A stretch of 20,408 nt of DNA, taken from positions 1 through 20,408 of the forward strand of contig DYFC01000024.1 in the NCBI GenBank assembly GCA_020725385.1, given 5' to 3'. The notes under the pieces were generated by a model that saw nothing but the letters and a program-made list of their open reading frames with translations, did no database searches and was not told the origin of the DNA. Of the stretch, positions 18,816 to 20,408 are shown piece by piece. Origin of the DNA: Nitrospira japonica (GTDB taxonomy: Bacteria; Nitrospirota; Thermodesulfovibrionia; Thermodesulfovibrionales; SM23-35). How positions within the stretch are numbered: position 1 is the stretch's first letter; every line of letters starts with the position of its first letter. The translations under genes were made by a program, and so were the position numbers.

Positions 18816-19184
18816 AGACGTGATATTTGGCCCGACAGTTGTCGAGTAATCATATGTTATTTCCTCACCCTTTTAAATGTCTCTTAATGCAAAAAGCTCA
18901 CTCCTTTTTCTTAAACCAGCATTAGGCTCACAGCTATGATTGAAGGCCCGTGACAAGTCGTCAAGATCAAGATACAGTGCAAGACCAATCTGGAGAGGAT
19001 CATCAGCAATTTCCCCTCCTTCCTTAACTCTTCTTATGCATTCTTCTAACGAAATTATTTCACCATTTAGAACATGAATGATTTGTCCATGCTTTATATT
19101 TTCACCAGCAAATACACCAAGCCCATATTTTTTTGTATTACGGATTTTCAGTTGTGGACTCTGGCAGCTACCTGTTATGCCCAT
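18816..19184 (-). pseudogene. SET domain protein pseudogene (internal stop, 3'-truncated)
   Basis: YGLGVFA..NI..G, FNHSCEPNAG, LFALRDI*KGEEITYDYSTT. TAA at 18875-18873 splits the conserved RDI..GEE.T.DY motif. No post-SET cysteines. Confidence 0.85.
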
Positions 19185-19197
19185 GTTGAAATCTCCA

Positions 19198-19225
19198 TTG
19201 CAATGCTGTATTCTATTGTGATAAT
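19198..19225 (+). promoter_or_regulatory. Promoter of TA module 5 with an overlapping palindrome
   Basis: TTGCAA (19198-19203), 16-nt spacer, GATAAT (19220-19225) with TG at 19217-19218. Perfect palindrome CATTGCAATG at 19196-19205. Confidence 0.5.
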
Positions 19226-19250
19226 CTTAATCAGGAGAAGGAGATGAGGA

Positions 19251-19508
19251 GTGAAAACAGCCCACAAGATAACCCTTGAAATCCCAGATGAATTTCTTAA
19301 AGAGATCGCCGATTTCAAAAAACAGGCGCATATCACTGACGATAAGGCCGCCATTCTTGAGCTTATAAAATATGCCCTGACGCTGCCTCCGTATTTTGCC
19401 CGTTTTGACTGGGAAAAAGCCGAAGAAGAGGCCGACGCTGATATCGCAGCCGGTAAGGTAAAGTCCTTTTCAACTGTTGACGAGTTTCTTGCCGATCTCA
19501 AGGCATGA
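19251..19508 (+). CDS. Putative antitoxin (RHH/CopG-like N-terminus), module 5
   Basis: KITLEIPDE N-terminus. W...E.EADADIAAGKVKSFSTVDEFLADL is an antitoxin-type C-terminus. ATGA overlap with the toxin. Confidence 0.82.
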   Translation: MKTAHKITLEIPDEFLKEIADFKKQAHITDDKAAILELIKYALTLPPYFARFDWEKAEEEADADIAAGKVKSFSTVDEFLADLKA

Positions 19509-19765
19509 GGATTGAACGGGCCGAATCTTTTAAAAAGGACTTCCTGCAACTTCCCCCTCATATTCAAAAGCTTTTCGCGAAAAAGATAAGGCTTTTTATC
19601 CAAAACGTTCAGCATCCATCCCTGAGGGTCAAGAAGATGCAAGGCCATGAAAACCGATGGGAGGCCAGTATCAACATGTTTTACCGATTCACCTTTGAGA
19701 TTCATAAAGACCGCTATCTTTTCCGCCGCATCGGCCCGCATGATGATGTCCTGAAGAATCCTTGA
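19505..19765 (+). CDS. RelE/ParE-superfamily (YafQ/YoeB-like) toxin, intact, module 5
   Basis: SFKKDF..LP..IQK, HPSLRVKKMQG, WEASINM.YR.TF, RRIGPHD. Confidence 0.85.
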   Translation: MRIERAESFKKDFLQLPPHIQKLFAKKIRLFIQNVQHPSLRVKKMQGHENRWEASINMFYRFTFEIHKDRYLFRRIGPHDDVLKNP

Positions 19766-19810
19766 CCCCAAAATCCGAAAGACATCTAAGCACCTCGTCT
19801 TCAAGCTCCA

Positions 19811-19866
19811 AAGGTAATTTATTTGCTTTATTATGAAGATAATCAGAGCAGTCATCAGATAGTCTG
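19811..19866. repeat. Degenerate direct repeat, copy B
   Basis: 44/56 ungapped identity with 17373-17428. Confidence 0.85.
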
Positions 19867-19936
19867 GACTATTAATTTCTGCAAACTAAAACTTGAATAT
19901 TGTGATAGAATAAAACAAATTCAAGGAGGTGTTTAA

Positions 19937-20152
19937 ATGTTACGCTCTGTAATCGGTGTATATAATGGAAACAAGCTTGCATTAAAAGAAAAAGTTAAAG
20001 TAAATAAACCAGTTGATGTATTAGTTACTTTTCTCAATGAAGATAAGGTTTCTTTACAAAAAAGAGTACTTCTTAAAAAGCTATTACATAGGAAACCCAT
20101 TAAAATTAAACCGTTAAAAGTAAAAGATTTGATCGCTGAAGGCAGGAAATAA
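19937..20152 (+). CDS. Putative antitoxin (DUF104/AF2212-like beta fold), module 6
   Basis: AGGAGG RBS. ML.SV.GVY.G..L.L.E.......V.VTFL N-terminus and LI.EGR C-terminus typical of VapB-type partners. Followed by a PIN fragment. Confidence 0.72.
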   Translation: MLRSVIGVYNGNKLALKEKVKVNKPVDVLVTFLNEDKVSLQKRVLLKKLLHRKPIKIKPLKVKDLIAEGRK

Positions 20153-20154
20153 CT

Positions 20155-20292
20155 TTGAAGCTGATTGTAGATTCTTCTGTATCACTTAAATGGTGGCTTG
20201 ATGATGAAGAATATATAACAGAATCGAAGTTTTTACTTAATAAGATTATTGAAGATGAAGTTGAATTAACCCAAAAAATGCATTTGAAATAA
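20155..20292 (+). pseudogene. Truncated VapC/PIN toxin, module 6
   Basis: TTG 2 nt after the antitoxin stop: MKLIVDSSVSLKWWLDDEEYITESKFLLNKIIEDEVELTQKMHLK*. PIN N-terminal motif VDSS...KW...E is present, but only 45 aa of a roughly 130-140 aa family. Confidence 0.8.
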
Positions 20293-20408
20293 TGCAGATG
20301 TTGCGAGAAAATTTATTTTTCGATACCTTAGTGTACGTTTAAAGATGATTTACCATGAACTTTTTTATTCATTGCCAATAAATATCTTTTGATATAAAAA
20401 TTATCGAG

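Noticed and set aside
19175-19855. 226-aa minus-strand ORF
   Set aside because: Antisense shadow of the GC-richer TA module 5, with no recognisable domain. Only its first codons coincide with the repeat peptide.

Overview
AT-rich bacterial chromosomal window (gene content suggests an anaerobic Nitrospirota/Thermodesulfovibrionia- or Desulfobacterota-like organism; this is inference only). It has three parts. (1) 98-6647: a DUF72 gene converging on a six-gene minus-strand signalling operon: REC-PAS-Cys-rich-histidine kinase, REC-PAS regulator, REC-HD-GYP, small protein, HDOD, and a protein built from four MshEN-like repeats. This is probably a c-di-GMP-linked module. (2) 6848-16155: housekeeping genes: fur-feoB with a Fur-box-like palindrome, argG-dprA-topA, a MobB-like P-loop protein, mlaC-mlaA. 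(3) 16169-20292: an accessory patchwork of six type II toxin-antitoxin-like modules. Four have a destroyed toxin-side gene, largely missed by the ORF track. The patchwork also holds an in-frame SET-domain::membrane-protein chimeric pseudogene and a 56-bp degenerate direct repeat lying just upstream of two modules. No rRNA, tRNA, CRISPR array, integrase or transposase was seen.
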